Shown: positions 13,179-26,641 of the stretch, in pieces
Position numbering within the stretch: the first letter of the stretch is position 1
Layout: every line of letters begins with the position of its first letter
Assembly: GCA_030390025.1 (NCBI GenBank)
Contig: CM059433.1
Coordinates: 23,562,001 to 23,626,000 of the forward strand
DNA: 64,000 nt
Reading direction: 5' to 3'
Source: Squalus acanthias
Taxonomy: Eukaryota
Notes under the pieces: model-generated
Told to the model about the DNA's origin: nothing
Database searches by the model: none
What the model saw: the letters and a program-made list of their open reading frames with translations, nothing else
Made by a program: the position numbers and the translations under genes

Positions 13179-13889
13179 GAGCCATACCATTGACATGTTT
13201 GCAAGCCATGGAAGATTTTGAGAATGATGGTGCACATTAACCACTAACAGTTGACTAGTAAGTGCGCCCTGGGAGCTAGATGAGTAAGAATCTCATTGTG
13301 CAGTTCTTCCAGTGAGGTCTTCAATTATTATTATTACTTTCTATTGAACATATTTATAATCACTGAGATGTTATTGGCTTCATAGTGCAATCCTGTTATA
13401 GTGATCAATTTGGCTAGTAACCCCAAAGATGACCACAGCCCACTGATTAATATATCAGAAGGCAACAATCTCAACCTGTACTGCTGATCTCATGATCCAC
13501 AATGTGCACTGCACTGCATAGTTCTCCATGACACCTTAAACAGCCGATTAAATACATGTTTAGCCTCTCCTCTCCAATGAACTGCTCCAAGTGTTAGTGC
13601 AATAAAAAAATTGATAGTTCTTTTATTTTGCTTAGTTTAAAATGCTCGCGAGCATGATACTGCTCAGCAGCGCAGCCATTGACTCATCCTCAGGACGCTT
13701 TACAGTTAAATATGAGGAAAAATTGCAAATGCTGAAAATGTGAAATAAAAACAGAAAATACTAGAAACACACAGCAGGTCAGTCTGTATCTGTAAAGAAA
13801 AAAACCAGGCTGCGATGTTTTGCATGTGCACTCTTTACCATTAACCAGTTAAGGGCAATTAGCACCCAATTAGTAGTGTCATTGCTTAT

Positions 13890-14238
13890 TCAGTGCTGCA
13901 CTGTCGGAGGTGCCATCTTTCGGATGAGATGTTAAACCGAGGCCCTGTCTGCTCGCTCAGGTGGACGTAAAAGATCCCATGGCGCTATTTCGAAGAAGAG
14001 TTGGGGAGTTATCCCCGGTGTTCTGGCCAATATTTCTCCCTCAACCAACATAACCAAAAATAGATTATCTGGTCATTATCACATTGCTGTTAGTGGGAGC
14101 TTGCTGTGCGCAAATTGGCTGCCACGTTTCCTACATTACAACAGTGACTACACTTCAAAAGTACTTCATTGACTGTAAAGCGCTTTGAGACGTCCGGTGG
14201 TCGGGTAAGGCGCTATACAAATGCAAGTCTTTCTTTCA
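13890..14238 (+). mobile_element. DeuSINE (SacSINE1-like), 5'-truncated
   Basis: Deu core and L2-type tail similar to 8640-8982. Confidence 0.85.
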
Positions 14239-15584
14239 TATGTTAGTTTGTGCAGGTTAAAAATGTTACAACTGAAGCAACTATCTTTCAACAATGGGGA
14301 CTTGCCACTAAAGTGTAATTGAACTGTGCTGATCAACACATTCACAATAACCTGGATCAGATGGGTTGTGGTTATGTAATGCAGATTATAAATGGCTGAT
14401 TACTACAGACAGTGATCAGTCCATCAGTATTCCTGTACTTGTTTCATTTTGCAGAGAATTGTATTCGACCTGAGCAAGCGATGTATTTTTCTGCACCATG
14501 AAAGAATTACAGATGGTAAGATATAATAAAATGATTCAGTCGTGCAGCACTATCTGTGCATGTGTTAGATGTGCTGTGCGCCCATGTTTGCCCCCTTATG
14601 TACTGTGAATTTCTCCATAGTGGTTGCAGATATGCTCTACTGCTAAGTGCTCCCTGAGTTGAGCAAATAGTACTGTTGGATGGCCGCATAGCTAACTGAG
14701 GAGCTGCAGGAGAGACTGAAAACTTGTTACCTGTATCTGCAACAAACCCTGATGGAGTTGTGTCAGTACCAGGGGATTTCATTTCTGTAGTTCAGCAGCT
14801 ATTATCACTTGTGAATCTCTTCATAATACCCACTAATGGCTTTGATTAGATTTAAGCATCTTTCTCTCATGGTTGTCATAATTGTTCTCCAAAAATGGCT
14901 GTATATTAGAGCTTGCACACAAAAACTTCCATAACATTATGCGGCACAGACACGGTGGGCCGTCTGGCCTCCTTCTGTGCCGTAAACTTCTATGATTCTA
15001 ACAGCACTGGCAGCATTCATGAGGGACGCTCTCACTGTAGCTAAACATTGTGTAACTCAGATCGTCATTGCATATGCTACTGGTCTCGCTAAGTGGAAGA
15101 TTACTGTGGGAGAAGGCAGTGAATATCTGAGTATTGGACTCCCCACACTACCCAGACCAGCTTTCAATGTAATGCACATGGGCGCAAGTAACTCCGCCCT
15201 ATGATGCTGCTGCTCTAACAGCCTCTATTTTGAAAGCAGAACTCATCATATTCTACTCAAGAGGGACACTCAGCATTTTGGATCTTTGTCATGTAGCTGC
15301 TGACCCTTGATAAACCTACCACTGCTATCCATTCCTCACTAATGCTCTGCCTCATCCTACGTTTCAAAATCACCTATGATCTTCTCCCACACTGTATATC
15401 TGTACGAGTGCATGCTTCAAGTGGGGCCGGTGATGTTTGATGTTCAGATAAGTGGTGTCCTCTAGGTGTGCCTGATTAGATTACTGGATTCTCCTTTCTC
15501 TGTAAATAAAACTGATGGGACGTTATATGATTATACAAGCACACTGAACCATTTGAGTACTGAATTGTTGTTATATGCACTATT

Positions 15585-16367
15585 GGGCCAGAATTTGCTG
15601 GAGTGGGGCATCTCACAGCTTCTCCGATTAGTTAGACATTTTCCTGCACCCTTCAGCTCAAAAATCCTTTGCTCACAAAGTTGCTGGAAGTGCGAGCTGA
15701 TAACGGCACAGCGAGGGCAAGGGGGCATCTGGGACCTTGGTGAATGATGGGACAAACACAGTATCTCCTTACCTAATGAGATTAAATTATTGAGAACTAA
15801 TCAGGGGAAGGACTGAGGAGGGTGAATCAAAGTGGGTGAATTCAATGCCAAATTAGGTACAGAAAGAGAAATGAGAGGGAAAGAAAGATTGGATTAAGAG
15901 AGAGAGAAAAAAGAGACATAAAGGAAAAGTAAGAAAAAGAAAATAAAAACAGAACATTTGCCATTTTTAAAATCTCCAACAACAATTCACAACCTGAAGG
16001 AATGAATGAGACTCCTCACTTATAATTGTTTACTTTCTGGGCAAAAGAGGTTGATTGGCAGTCATTAACAATGAACCCGTCATTAAAAGGATACTTATGC
16101 TGTTAATTACTAGACTTAACTTCCTGTGCCGAATTTAATGGGCAATTAATGTGCAAATGCAACAACTTTATGAAAATCACGGGGAGGTTAAGGGTGAGAT
16201 GCCGTATTTGTGAAGCTAACAGTGGAACGGCGCAAATTGGCCAGAAATTTGTGGCGATACGCAATTCACGGGGTATCCCTTCCTCGCTACAAGTTGCTGG
16301 CTGATTTGCACATTAATAATGGCGTGTGTCTTTCACATGCTATTATTTTTTCAGCAAATTCTGGCCC
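15585..16367. mobile_element. Harbinger-type MITE
   Basis: Perfect 16-bp TIR GGGCCAGAATTTGCTG / CAGCAAATTCTGGCCC; flanks ATT/AAT. Confidence 0.8.
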
Positions 16368-17061
16368 AATATGTGCTTTTGCACAGTCTGTATATGGACA
16401 CATTAGTAAAACATATTGTGAAAATCACAGAAGGTAGGGGGGTAAAATTTCCATGGGGCGGTTACCCGACCTCCCATCATAACATTGGCGACTCGTCGGC
16501 AGAAACCCTGGAGAAACAGTGTACAGTGCCAATCTTCCACTGAGGTTATGGCAGGATATCGGGAGAAACCTGTTATGCTCTAGTTTTGTCTTTAAACATT
16601 ACAGGAGTGGAGAAGGAAGTAGGGTGAAATTTGCTCCTTCAGTGCATTCTCTTTTCCATCATGGAATATACAATAAAATTCCACCTGTAGAGACCACTAC
16701 CTTAGGATTAGAGTAAAGGGTACCAATCCAGTAAATGAACCAGTCCCCTCGTATGGACCATTGCAGAGTTTATGAAATATATCTATATTGCTTCATTTGC
16801 CTGTGTTGAATGTGTTTTTTGCTGCGAGAGCGCATTTGGAGCTAAAGATTCTGTGTACAGCAAGATGAGTGTCTTGGAATCTCTGCAAACCAAATGAGCC
16901 ATAAGATCACATGATAATTAAGAACGACTGATATTCTATATATCTCCCATTGCAGCATCCAATTTGTTCAAAAATGATTTTAGGATTTGTGCCTTTGCTG
17001 CTATATCTCAGTGAAGAAGAAATTCCTGATATCAACCTGTCTTTGTTTTTAACTAGTTTGA

Positions 17062-18376
17062 ACTAGGCAGAGTTAATATAGTTTTATGAAAGGGAAATCG
17101 TGTTTAATGAATTTATTAGAATTTTTTGAGGATGTAACTTCCAGGGTAGATAAAGGGGAACCAGTGGATGTAGTATATTTGGAATTCCAAAAGGCATTCG
17201 ATAAGGTGCCACATAAAAGGTTGCTAAGTAAGATTAGGGCTCATGGGGTTGGGGGTAATATATTAGCATGGATAGAGGATTGGTTAACAGACAGAAAACA
17301 GAGAGTAGGGATAAACGGATCATTTTCCAGTTGGCAGGCTGTAACTAGTGGGGTGCCGCAGGGATCAGTGCTTGGGCCTCAGCTATTTACAATCTATATT
17401 AATGACTTGGATGAAGGGACCGAGTGCAATGTATCCAAGTTAGCTGACAATACAAAGCTAGGTGGGAAAGTAAGCTGTGAGGAGGACACAAAGAGGCTGC
17501 AAAGGGATATAGACAGGTTAAGTGAGTGGGCAAGAACATGGCAGATGGAGTATAATGTGGAGAAATGTGAGGTTATTCATTTTGGTAGGAAGAATAGAAA
17601 AACAGAATACTTTTTAAATGGTGAGAAACTATTAAATGTAGGTGTTCAGAGAGATTTAGGTGTCCTCGTACAGGAAACACAGAAAGTTAACACGCAGGTA
17701 CAGCAAGCAATTCGGCAGGCAAATGGCATGTTGGCCTTTATTCCAAGGGGGTTGGAGTATAAGAGTAAGGGAGTCTTACTACAATTGTACAGGACTTTGG
17801 TGAGACCGCAGCTGGAGTACTGTGCACAGTTTTGGTCTCCTTATCTGAGGAAAGACATACATGCCTTGGAGGCGGTGCAACAAAGGTTTGCTAGGTTGAT
17901 CCCTGGGATGAGAGTGTTGTCCTATGAGGAGAGATTGAGTAGATTGAGCCTATAATCTCTGGAGTTTCGAAGAATGAGAGGTGATCTCATTGAAACATAT
18001 AAGATTCTGAGAGGGATCGATAGGGTAGATGCTGAGAGATTGTTTCCTCTGGCTGGAGAGTCTAGGAACTAGGGGTCATAGTCTCAGGATAAGAGGTCGG
18101 CCATTTAAGACTGAGATGAGGAGGAATTTCTTCACTCAGAGGGTTGTGAATCTTTGGAATTCTCTACCCCAAAGGACTGTGGATGCTGAATCGTTGAGTA
18201 TATTCAAGGCTGAGATAGATAGATTTTTGGACTCTAGGGGAATCAAGGGATATGGAGATAGAGCGGGAAAGAGGAGTTGAGGTCGAAGATCAGCCGTGAT
18301 CTTACTGAATGGCAGAGCAGGTTCGATGGGCCGTATGGCCTTCTCCTGCTCCTAATTCTTATGTTCTTATGTTCTA
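17062..18376 (+). mobile_element. CR1/HER1-type LINE RT 3' fragment (289-aa ORF 17086-17955)
   Basis: GVPQGSVLGP and KAFDKVPH motifs; catalytic FADD decayed to LADN; CTTATGTT tail. Confidence 0.95.
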
Positions 18377-19659
18377 ATGTGTCCCCTTGTGATGCTGATG
18401 CAATTTACTTTAAAGTAGTTGATTGGTCTATGCCAATTAAAGCATTTTCTCTAACCTCTTTGTTTGAACAAGAATTTTTCTCTTGCAATTAAGCGGTGAA
18501 ATTACGTGATCATTCAGAAGATCAAAAATGTCTTTATGATGGACCATAATCACTGCCATCCTTTAAATTTATGTTGGCTACATATCACCGAGCACAGAGC
18601 TAAAATCACTCAACAGTCAGGAAGCAATTTAAAGGATTTTATAAAATCTGTTCATGTTTCTGTTTGAACCCAAAGGTTTTTTTTCTGTTAGTTCTTGGAT
18701 CGTCCTTTCCAGTCGTTTAAATACAGATGGATTTTTAATGCCCATCATTGCAGATTAATCAATTGGGGGAGCTCTAAATCCATACAGAAGCTTTCAAACA
18801 TGGTTTTTGAAGGATTACTTCTCAAAAGTACAGAGAGTTCCCTCAAAGAAAATGAAACCGTTTATTCTTTTCCATTAGAGCCGTCACGATTTCTTCACTT
18901 TACGAACAGATTACAACAACCAATCTTGTCCTGATTCTGTAATTGCTCAGATGAAAAACAAGCCACGTGTGCCCATGTCCATAATAGTTTGCACAGTGCG
19001 AATCTTTGAATGGTAAGAGTTGTGCAGTGCTTTCCAACATTCTGTACCTGACGTTAGCTGCCTCCGGAACTAATAAGTGAGCATGCAGGTCTGGAGTTTC
19101 TGCTTGGTTTCCACCCGGATATCAGTGCAATCTGGGTGGAATCGACTGAAATAGCACAAAAGATCACGGAATTTATAACGTGGGTGAGTTACGCCCATAA
19201 CCACTTACCCTCGAGTGTCTGCAATCTTTTACACTGGTTCAAAAATCAATTTGCCCGAAGCCGTCTTCGCCCTCAAAACTGGCCGTGCCCCCAGGGCGGC
19301 ATGGCGAGTTTCCACCGATTGCGCCCATTCGGGGTTGTTCATCGCGTTACGCCCAGAATTTCAGGCGCACAGGCACCCATGGTCACATTAATCCATTCGT
19401 AATGACCGTTACAACAGTACTTCATTGGTACTTCATTGGCTGTAAAGCACTTTGGGACGCCCAGTGGTTGTGAAAGGCGCTATATAAATGCAAGTCTTTC
19501 TTTTTTTTTAGTTGCAGTGACCAGCAGTCAATTGAAGCCTCACTCAGGTCTATTCTCATACTGATGATACAATTACTTTAAATTTGTTTTAAATTAGTTC
19601 AAATTCAATCAATTGATCTGCCCTTGGTATATCAGACTTGTGATCAGCAGTCAATTGAA

Positions 19660-21265
19660 AACTCAAAGAGGATTAAACCCTTGGTCTAGATGGATTGCAT
19701 CCATGTATTTTAAAAGAATCTAGGGAAGAGATAGCAGAGGCATTACTACACATATTTAATAATTTGTGAGAAAAAAGTGTAGTACCAGAGGACTGGCGGA
19801 TAGCTAATGTAATATCGATATTTAAGAAGGGGGATAGAACATGTCCAGGGAATTATAGACCAGTCAGCTTCACCTCGGTGGTAGGAAAAATAATGGAATC
19901 CCTACTAAAGGAGAAAATAGAAGAACATCTAGAAACCAAAAATGTAATAATGAATAGTCAGCATGGATCTCAAAAGGGAAAGTCTTGCTTGACCAACCTT
20001 ATTGAATTTTTTGAAGAGGTAACAGAGAGAGTAGACAATGGTAATGCAGTAGATGTAATTTATCTGGATTTTCAAAAGGCCTTTGATAAGGTACCCCATA
20101 ATAGACTGGTGAACAAGGTCAGAGAATGCGGAGTCAGGGGACAAGTAGCAGAATGGATTGCTGGCTGGCTTCAGGACAGAAAGCAGAGAGCACGATAAAA
20201 GGGTAGCTATTCAGTGGCAGAAGGTGGGTAGTGGTGTTCTACAAGGATCAGTGCTGGGACCACTGCTGTTCACAATTTACATTAACGATTTAGACTTTGG
20301 AATCAAAAACACAATTTCTGAATTTGCGGATGACACCAAATTGGGGGGGGGTTGTCAATACTGAGGAGGACTGCAACAAATTACAGGAGGACATTAATAA
20401 ACTTGCAGAATGGGCATATAATTGGCAAATGAAGTTCAACACAGATAAATGTGAGGTATTACATTTTGGTAGGGAGAATAGGGAGGTCACTTATTACTTG
20501 GAGGGTGCGAGTCTAGGTGGAGTAGAGAAACAAAGGGATCTCAGAGTACAAATACACAAGTCACTAAAAGTTGCGACACAAGTTAGCAAGGCCATAAAAA
20601 AAAGCAACCAAACACTAGGGTTTATTTCTAGAGGGATAGAATTGAAACGTAGGGAAGTTATGCTAAACCTGTATCGAACCTTGGTTAGACCACATTTAGA
20701 GTACTGCGTACAGTTCTGGTCGCCATATTATAAAAAGCATATAAAGGGACTGGAGAGGGTGTAGAGAAGATTTACAAGGATGATACCAGAAATGCGAGGG
20801 TATACATACATATCAGGAAAGGATGAACAGGCTGGGTCTCTTTTCTCTTGAAAAAAGAAGGCTGAGTGGTGACCTAATAGAGGTCTTTAAAATTATGAAA
20901 GGTTTTGATAGAGTAGATACAGAGAGAATGTTTCCACTTATGGGGAAGAGCATAACTAGAGGCCATGAATATAAGATAGTCACCAAGAAGTCCAAAAGGA
21001 ATTCAGAAGAACTTCTTTACCCAGAGAGTGGTGAGAATGTGGAACTCGCTACCACAGGGAGTGGTTGAAGTGAATAGTATTGATACATTTAAGGGGAGGC
21101 TAGACAAGCATATGAGGGAAAAGGGAATAAAGGGTTATGCTGATAAATTTAGATGAGGAAAGACGGGAGGAGGCTCGTGTGGAGCATAAATGCCAGCATG
21201 GATTGATTGGGCTGAATGGCCTGTTTCTGTGCCGTATATCCTATGTAATCCTATGTAATCCTATG
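19660..21265 (+). mobile_element. CR1-type LINE, 5'-truncated, second subfamily
   Basis: Frameshifted RT pieces (YLDFQKAFDKVPH, FADDTK); (CCTATGTAAT)n tail. Confidence 0.95.
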
Positions 21266-22009
21266 AAACCACTGATTGGCTGTTTCTTCAACTGCAGCAA
21301 TTACTTGAACACATTTTCAGTTTAAATTAGTTTAATTCAGTAATCTTGAGGCCCCATTGGCCATGTTCCAGTCAATAATCGATTACGTTCGATTATGCTG
21401 CTTGATTGCGCTGATTCATGGGAGATTTTAAGTTCGGGCATATGCAAATACATTTGAGCGGAAACTTTGGTATAACTTCGTCGCAACAAAACCGGCACAA
21501 TTTCCAGCTCATTTTTGAGCCCATTTTTCCGATTGTGGCCCTAGCAAAAGCTCCAGGCCGCAGTGTTCAGGTTACACCACATAGTACAGTGCTTAGTTTA
21601 GTTAAAACATTGGATCTTCCTGTTTCAGGCAATTAATGTCCAAATATCGATGATACGGTTTCCGAGGGTCCAACTTACATCGCAATCACTCCAGGTTGAA
21701 AATTAAAAAAAGCTTTTACTGTAGCAAATTCACATGCAACATCCTATGCCATTCGCATGCATTTCGCCAGAAAAATGTTAGTTTAATTTTAGTCTCAGTT
21801 TCCACAATCCTACATAGTTAATTTAGAACTTAATTATAGACGCAGGTTTATCTGGGTGGTTGCTGATGGCACAAGTATTTTGATTGAGTCTAATAGCTTA
21901 TGTAGGAAATGTTCTTATTACACATTTTTACTTGAATGAACACTGGTGGATTCTATCTTTTTTGCCTTGAGAAACAATTGTCTCTATCGTCTTACAACGC
22001 TCCTTTTCA

Positions 22010-22082
22010 TTACACATGACAACGATGAATTCTGAATCGCCATGCAAAGGAAGTGTCTTGTAATACAATCCCAGCACACAGC
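22010..22082 (-). CDS. Candidate terminal coding exon of unidentified host gene (LCAGIVLQDTSFAWRFRIHRCHV*)
   Basis: TTCTTAG acceptor, phase-compatible with exon 28181-28317; weak pyrimidine tract, with an alternative acceptor at ~22151. Confidence 0.25.
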
Positions 22083-22408
22083 CTAAGAATGTCATTATGA
22101 TTCATGGATATTTTGGTGTGAACAGACAATATCTCATATATGGTTGTGACCTGCAAAATAGGATATATATCTTGTATCACTTGTTCTGTGTAATAAATTG
22201 AGATTCGTGACACTCTTTATTTAATACAGTATTATAGCTGTCATTTATCAGTGGAGTGGAACAGGTTATCCATTCACTGTGACAGAAAGGCCTTAGGCTC
22301 ATATTAATATGAGAATCATTATGGAAGGAAATTCTCAATTGGAATTGTCTTTTCTTCCCAAAAAAAACGCAGCATCATTTTTGTCTGTTTTTATATTTAA
22401 AAAATCAT

Positions 22409-22620
22409 AGGGGGAAAAATTGGGTTCATTTGCTCCTCTCGTTAGCGACCCCGGGGGTTGCTAACAGGGCGCAAATCCCCTAGCGCCCGAGAGTGGCGCC
22501 GCTAACGCCTCCCGCAAAATTGAGTGGGAGGTTAGTGACGGCGGTAGCCGGTAGCGCGCCGTGGCGCTGCACCGCCGGCGGTGATGTCTTCGCCGTGCGC
22601 AGCGCCCCGCTCGCGCCCCT
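22409..22620. mobile_element. Truncated GC-rich Harbinger MITE, same family as 51193-51965
   Basis: GGGGGAAAAATT end; reverse-complement similarity to 51750-51965. Confidence 0.75.
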
Positions 22621-24207
22621 GTTTCTGTGCTGTATATTCTATGTAAAAATCCATCAATCTCAGTCCACTAGCTGATTTCCTGTGGTATTACTCAATGAGT
22701 CAGGTTACAAGGAATGGTGGGTGTGAAAGTGGGGAAGTGGAAAGAATTTGTAAAGAAGTTTATATGAGGTCTCCCTACCTCCCCGCAAGACAGCGAAGTA
22801 AGTGTTTTTTGATTGGTTTGTGGGAAATAAACAAATAGTATTTTCCTTACCCTCTGTAGCTAGATAAATAAATTTGTCATCCTCAAGTATCACACTTGCA
22901 TAGACAAATTCATCTTTGCATGTAATATAGGGCAGCTGGTCTTTTCTTGTTTACCTGTTCAGGTTATACCCCCATTTTTGTTACATTTTCACAGAAATGC
23001 TGAATTTTATTTTTTATTCTATCTGAAAGTAAGCAATGTGTTATCTGTTGCTTCATTCTTTATAAGTGGATTACACTTTGTAATTCCACTGGTGGGTGTT
23101 TATTTATTGATGTATTTATAAGCATGAGCTACACGAGACAATTGATCTTGACCTTTAATATAAGGAAATTAACATGGGTTGGTGACAGTTGTATCGAGGC
23201 CTGGACGACGGTTCGGAATTATGCCATAATAGGTCAGTTACTCGAAATAGAGAAGAGCTCTTTTAAAACTGGTGTCACAGCGGAGCTATAGAAATGCTTC
23301 TTGTTGTTGTTGTCATGGTGATTATCAGTTGGTACTGTAAACCCTCTATTAATTGTTGAACTAACCATATAGAGTAGGAAGATTGCAGGTTTGATCTTTC
23401 ATCTTCATTGTTAGTCGGTCCCAACTGGAGTGGCTGTGGAGATGCTACAATTGGCTTCAGTACAAGGCTGGCCATTCATTTAGTTGTGCTCTGGCTGCCT
23501 GCCAGTTTTGTGAATTAAAAAATAAATGGGAAAGAAACTGTTATTTTTAAATTTCTGCCTTTTCAAAAGTGCTGTGTGCATGTTCAAAGGGCCTGTTCCG
23601 CATTTTGCACACGTGTGTGAGTCAGTCTGCATTTCTGGGGAAGTTCTGTAAATCCCAGGGCAATATAAATAATATGGGGAATTTTAATCCCGAAGAACGG
23701 GTTGGTTGGGAGCGGGTGGAGGTGCTAAAATTTTTGATTTTATAGTGGAAGTGCAACCCGGCTCCAACGAGCCCACTTCCGGGTTTTTTGGAGGTGTGTT
23801 TAAAAGCTGGTGAGAAACCCACTCGCTGAAGTCGAGTATTGAATTATTGGAGGCAGGCGGGTACTTATTGGAACAATTAACGTCCTTAGGAGACATTAAT
23901 GAGCTCTTTACAAATTGTTTTTAACTTGGGTCCAAATTTAACTTGAGCAGCGCGGGTTTCCCGGGGCACGGGAAGCTGACCAGGGAAACGGAGGCGAGTT
24001 TGAGCAGCAGTTCCGGTGGATGTCTCATCTGAATCAAAGCTCACTTATTGCAGCTGGTGTCTTAGTTCCCTCTGGCAAACGTTTGGCAGACAGTGCTTGT
24101 GTGGATACAGCTTTTTCCAACCTTGGAGGCTTTCAAACTGACCAAATCAGGATGGGAGGCATGTTGGATGTGTCTGACAGCACATCAGAAGAGGAAGACC
24201 ATCACCA

Positions 24208-24675
24208 TACAGGAGGGAGGTGCACAGGAGAGAGGTGTACAGGGGAGAGGTGTACAGGAGGGAGGTGCACAGGAGGGAGGTGCACAGGAGAGAGGTGTAC
24301 AGGGGAGAGGTGTACAGGGGAGAGGGGCACAGGAGGGAGGGGTACAGGGGAGAGGGGCACAGGGAGGAGGCGCACAGGGAGGAGGCGCACAGGGAGGAGG
24401 CGCACAGGGAGGAGGCGCACAGGAGGGAGGCGCACAGGGGGGAGGCGCACAGGGGGGAGGCGCACAGGGGGGAGGCACACAGGGGGGAGGCGCACAGGGT
24501 TGAGGCGCACAGGGAGAGGCGCACAGGAGAGAGGCGCACAGGAGAGAGGCGCACAGGGCGGAGGGGCACAGGAGGGAGGGGCACAGGAGAGAGGTGCACA
24601 GGAGAGAGGCGCACAGGGCGGAGGGGCACAGGAGGGAGGGGCACAGGAGGGAGGGGCACAGGAGGGAGGGGCACA
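24208..24675. repeat. 15-bp G/A-rich minisatellite, about 31 units (consensus GCACAGGAGGGAGGN)
   Basis: Direct inspection; produces 5-aa repeat ORFs in all frames; followed by a duplicated TGCTATATAAAATCCAGAAGA. Confidence 0.95.
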
Positions 24676-24944
24676 TTGCTATATAAAATCCAGAAGATGC
24701 TATATAAAATCCAGAAGATGAAAATACATTTTTAACATCTAACATCTATGCTCAGTTACCAGTTATGTGCTTGGTGTTTCCATTATATTGTGCATGTGGT
24801 CATGGGTAGGAATTTTGTTTTGAAGTCATAAGGCCAAGTTTCAGTACTGAAGTAACGAGGCAGAATCTCAAACAGTTATTTATGAATGAAAAACATAACA
24901 TTAGACACACAGAAGCATAGTAGACATGAAAAGAAGCCAGCTAC

Positions 24945-26545
24945 TAGATGGAACTATTATGGCTATTTCCAGGATTCCATTCTAACCTCACACTCCTATT
25001 TTACAGGATAGACAGTTCCAAATCTTCTGGTGATCTTGGAACATTAATGTCAATAAACTTTGCTTCTGCTGTTACAGTGTCCAAAGAGGTTTTCGCTGCA
25101 CAGGTGTACGTCCCTTCACTTATGTCAATAATTTGAAGGAAATCGTCATCCATTATTTTTCTGACATTCTCTGTTTGGTCACTGTAAATTTATTCTCCAT
25201 CCTTTTGCCATGATTACTCAAAGGGCTCGATTTTGCCAGGCCCGAGGAGGCGGGAATGGAGGCGTGTGGGGTGTTAAAATTGCAAAAAATGGCGGGCGGG
25301 CCTGACCCCACCTCCATCCCACCTCCGAGCAATTTTCCCAAATGCGTGGTTTCTGATCCCGTCTCCGTCCCGCCTCCAAGAGGCGGGATAGGCCCTTAAG
25401 GCCCTTAACAACCACTTAATTGCCTCTATAATCCCATTTGAGAGGCCTTTCTGATTTTAACACTTTTCCGACGTGATGCACGCCTCCTCTGAAACACGAC
25501 GGTGAAACCTGGCGGTAGCACACTTGGATTGCTGACTATCAGCTGCAGGTCCACCATTAAGAAGGAGATTTGATCAATCATCATTCTGGGGGAACTTTTA
25601 GCAGGCATAACCATCGTTGTGGAACTTTGGAGCCTGGAGTAGTAGTAGTGGTGGTGGTGGTGGTGGTGGTACAAAAAAAATCTGGGCGCAGACTTAGGTC
25701 TCCTGCTGCTCATTTTGCCTCCAGGTCCCTCTCACAGCAAAGGCCAAAAGCTTCCCAGTCTTTGCAGACCTTAAATGCAGCAGCAATGATGACATCATCA
25801 GAGGCGACTTTCAGACTGAAAAAACTAATTGGGTCATGGGTTCCCACATGCTGGAACTCAATTGCCCAATTAGGGGAAAATCGCATAATTCTCCCACATC
25901 CAATTGGAGTCGGGTGGCTAACACGAAAAGCGGATGACACGACCCCAGCCCGCCCCAATGACAAAATCGAGCCCAAAGTTATTGTTGAAAACGGAGTCAT
26001 ATTCAGCATGCATTTAAACTGTGCCATGGTAGACTTCTGTACCATCAAATCCTCAGGAAGAACCACTATTTCTGAAGCGACTCTGACTTCTAACATACTG
26101 GTGGTAGTCTCATTGCAGAATATATTATTTGCCCAACAAGCACCTTCCTTCTGAACATCCTTTATCTCCCAAATACCATTTCTATGCACAAAATAACTTT
26201 GGCCTAAACATGCGGTTTCCATATCTTCCTTTAACCAAAGTACTGCGGGTGAAGGAGAACCAAACACTTCACAGTGCGGATGAGCTACTTTTCCTTCAAC
26301 TGCAATATATTTCAGATCATCAGGGGTCAGCATCATTGGAGCAAGGCTCAGAACACTGACAATTGCATTGTCAAGAATGGATCCATGCATGTTAGAAGCC
26401 TCACAATGATAGACTGCGCTGTCATTCAGTTGCAGATTAGTGAGAGTGAAACCACCTTGAGAAACCTTACAGGCAGGATTCGTCTCTATTCAGTTTGTAT
26501 TGAACTTCAGGTCGGGGCTGGCCACCTACTGCATATAATTCTGCA
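24945..26545 (-). pseudogene. CHL1: Processed pseudogene fragment of a CHL1/L1CAM-family cell adhesion gene (Ig4-Ig6 and start of FN3-1)
   Basis: LTNLQLNDSAVYHCEASNMHGSILDNA; HCEVFGSPSPAVLW; SWQKDGE; SEGTYTCAAKTSLD; NVPRSPEDLELSIL*NRSVRLEWNPGNSHNSSI; no introns; stops and frameshifts; split by the MITE at 25223-25974. Confidence 0.8.
25223..25974. mobile_element. Harbinger-type MITE inside the pseudogene
   Basis: TIR GGGCTCGATTTTG / CAAAATCGAGCCC, 3-bp TSD AAA. Confidence 0.9.
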
Positions 26546-26641
26546 TTCGATATACTTGGATTAAGCAATTATGTAAGTACCACAGCTTGGCAATGATCCC
26601 ACGCAATATTACTGTCAGAACACTTAATGGGGAAGTATATC

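Noticed and set aside
24208..24720. CRISPR-like array
   Set aside because: Tandem units without unique spacers, in a vertebrate context
24020..24745. Collagen-, keratin-associated- or protamine-like repeat proteins
   Set aside because: Six-frame artefacts of a stop-free 15-bp minisatellite
25710..26390. 226-aa ORF as a functional Ig gene or exon
   Set aside because: C-terminal part is MITE sequence; the Ig part has deletions, frameshifts and flanking stops
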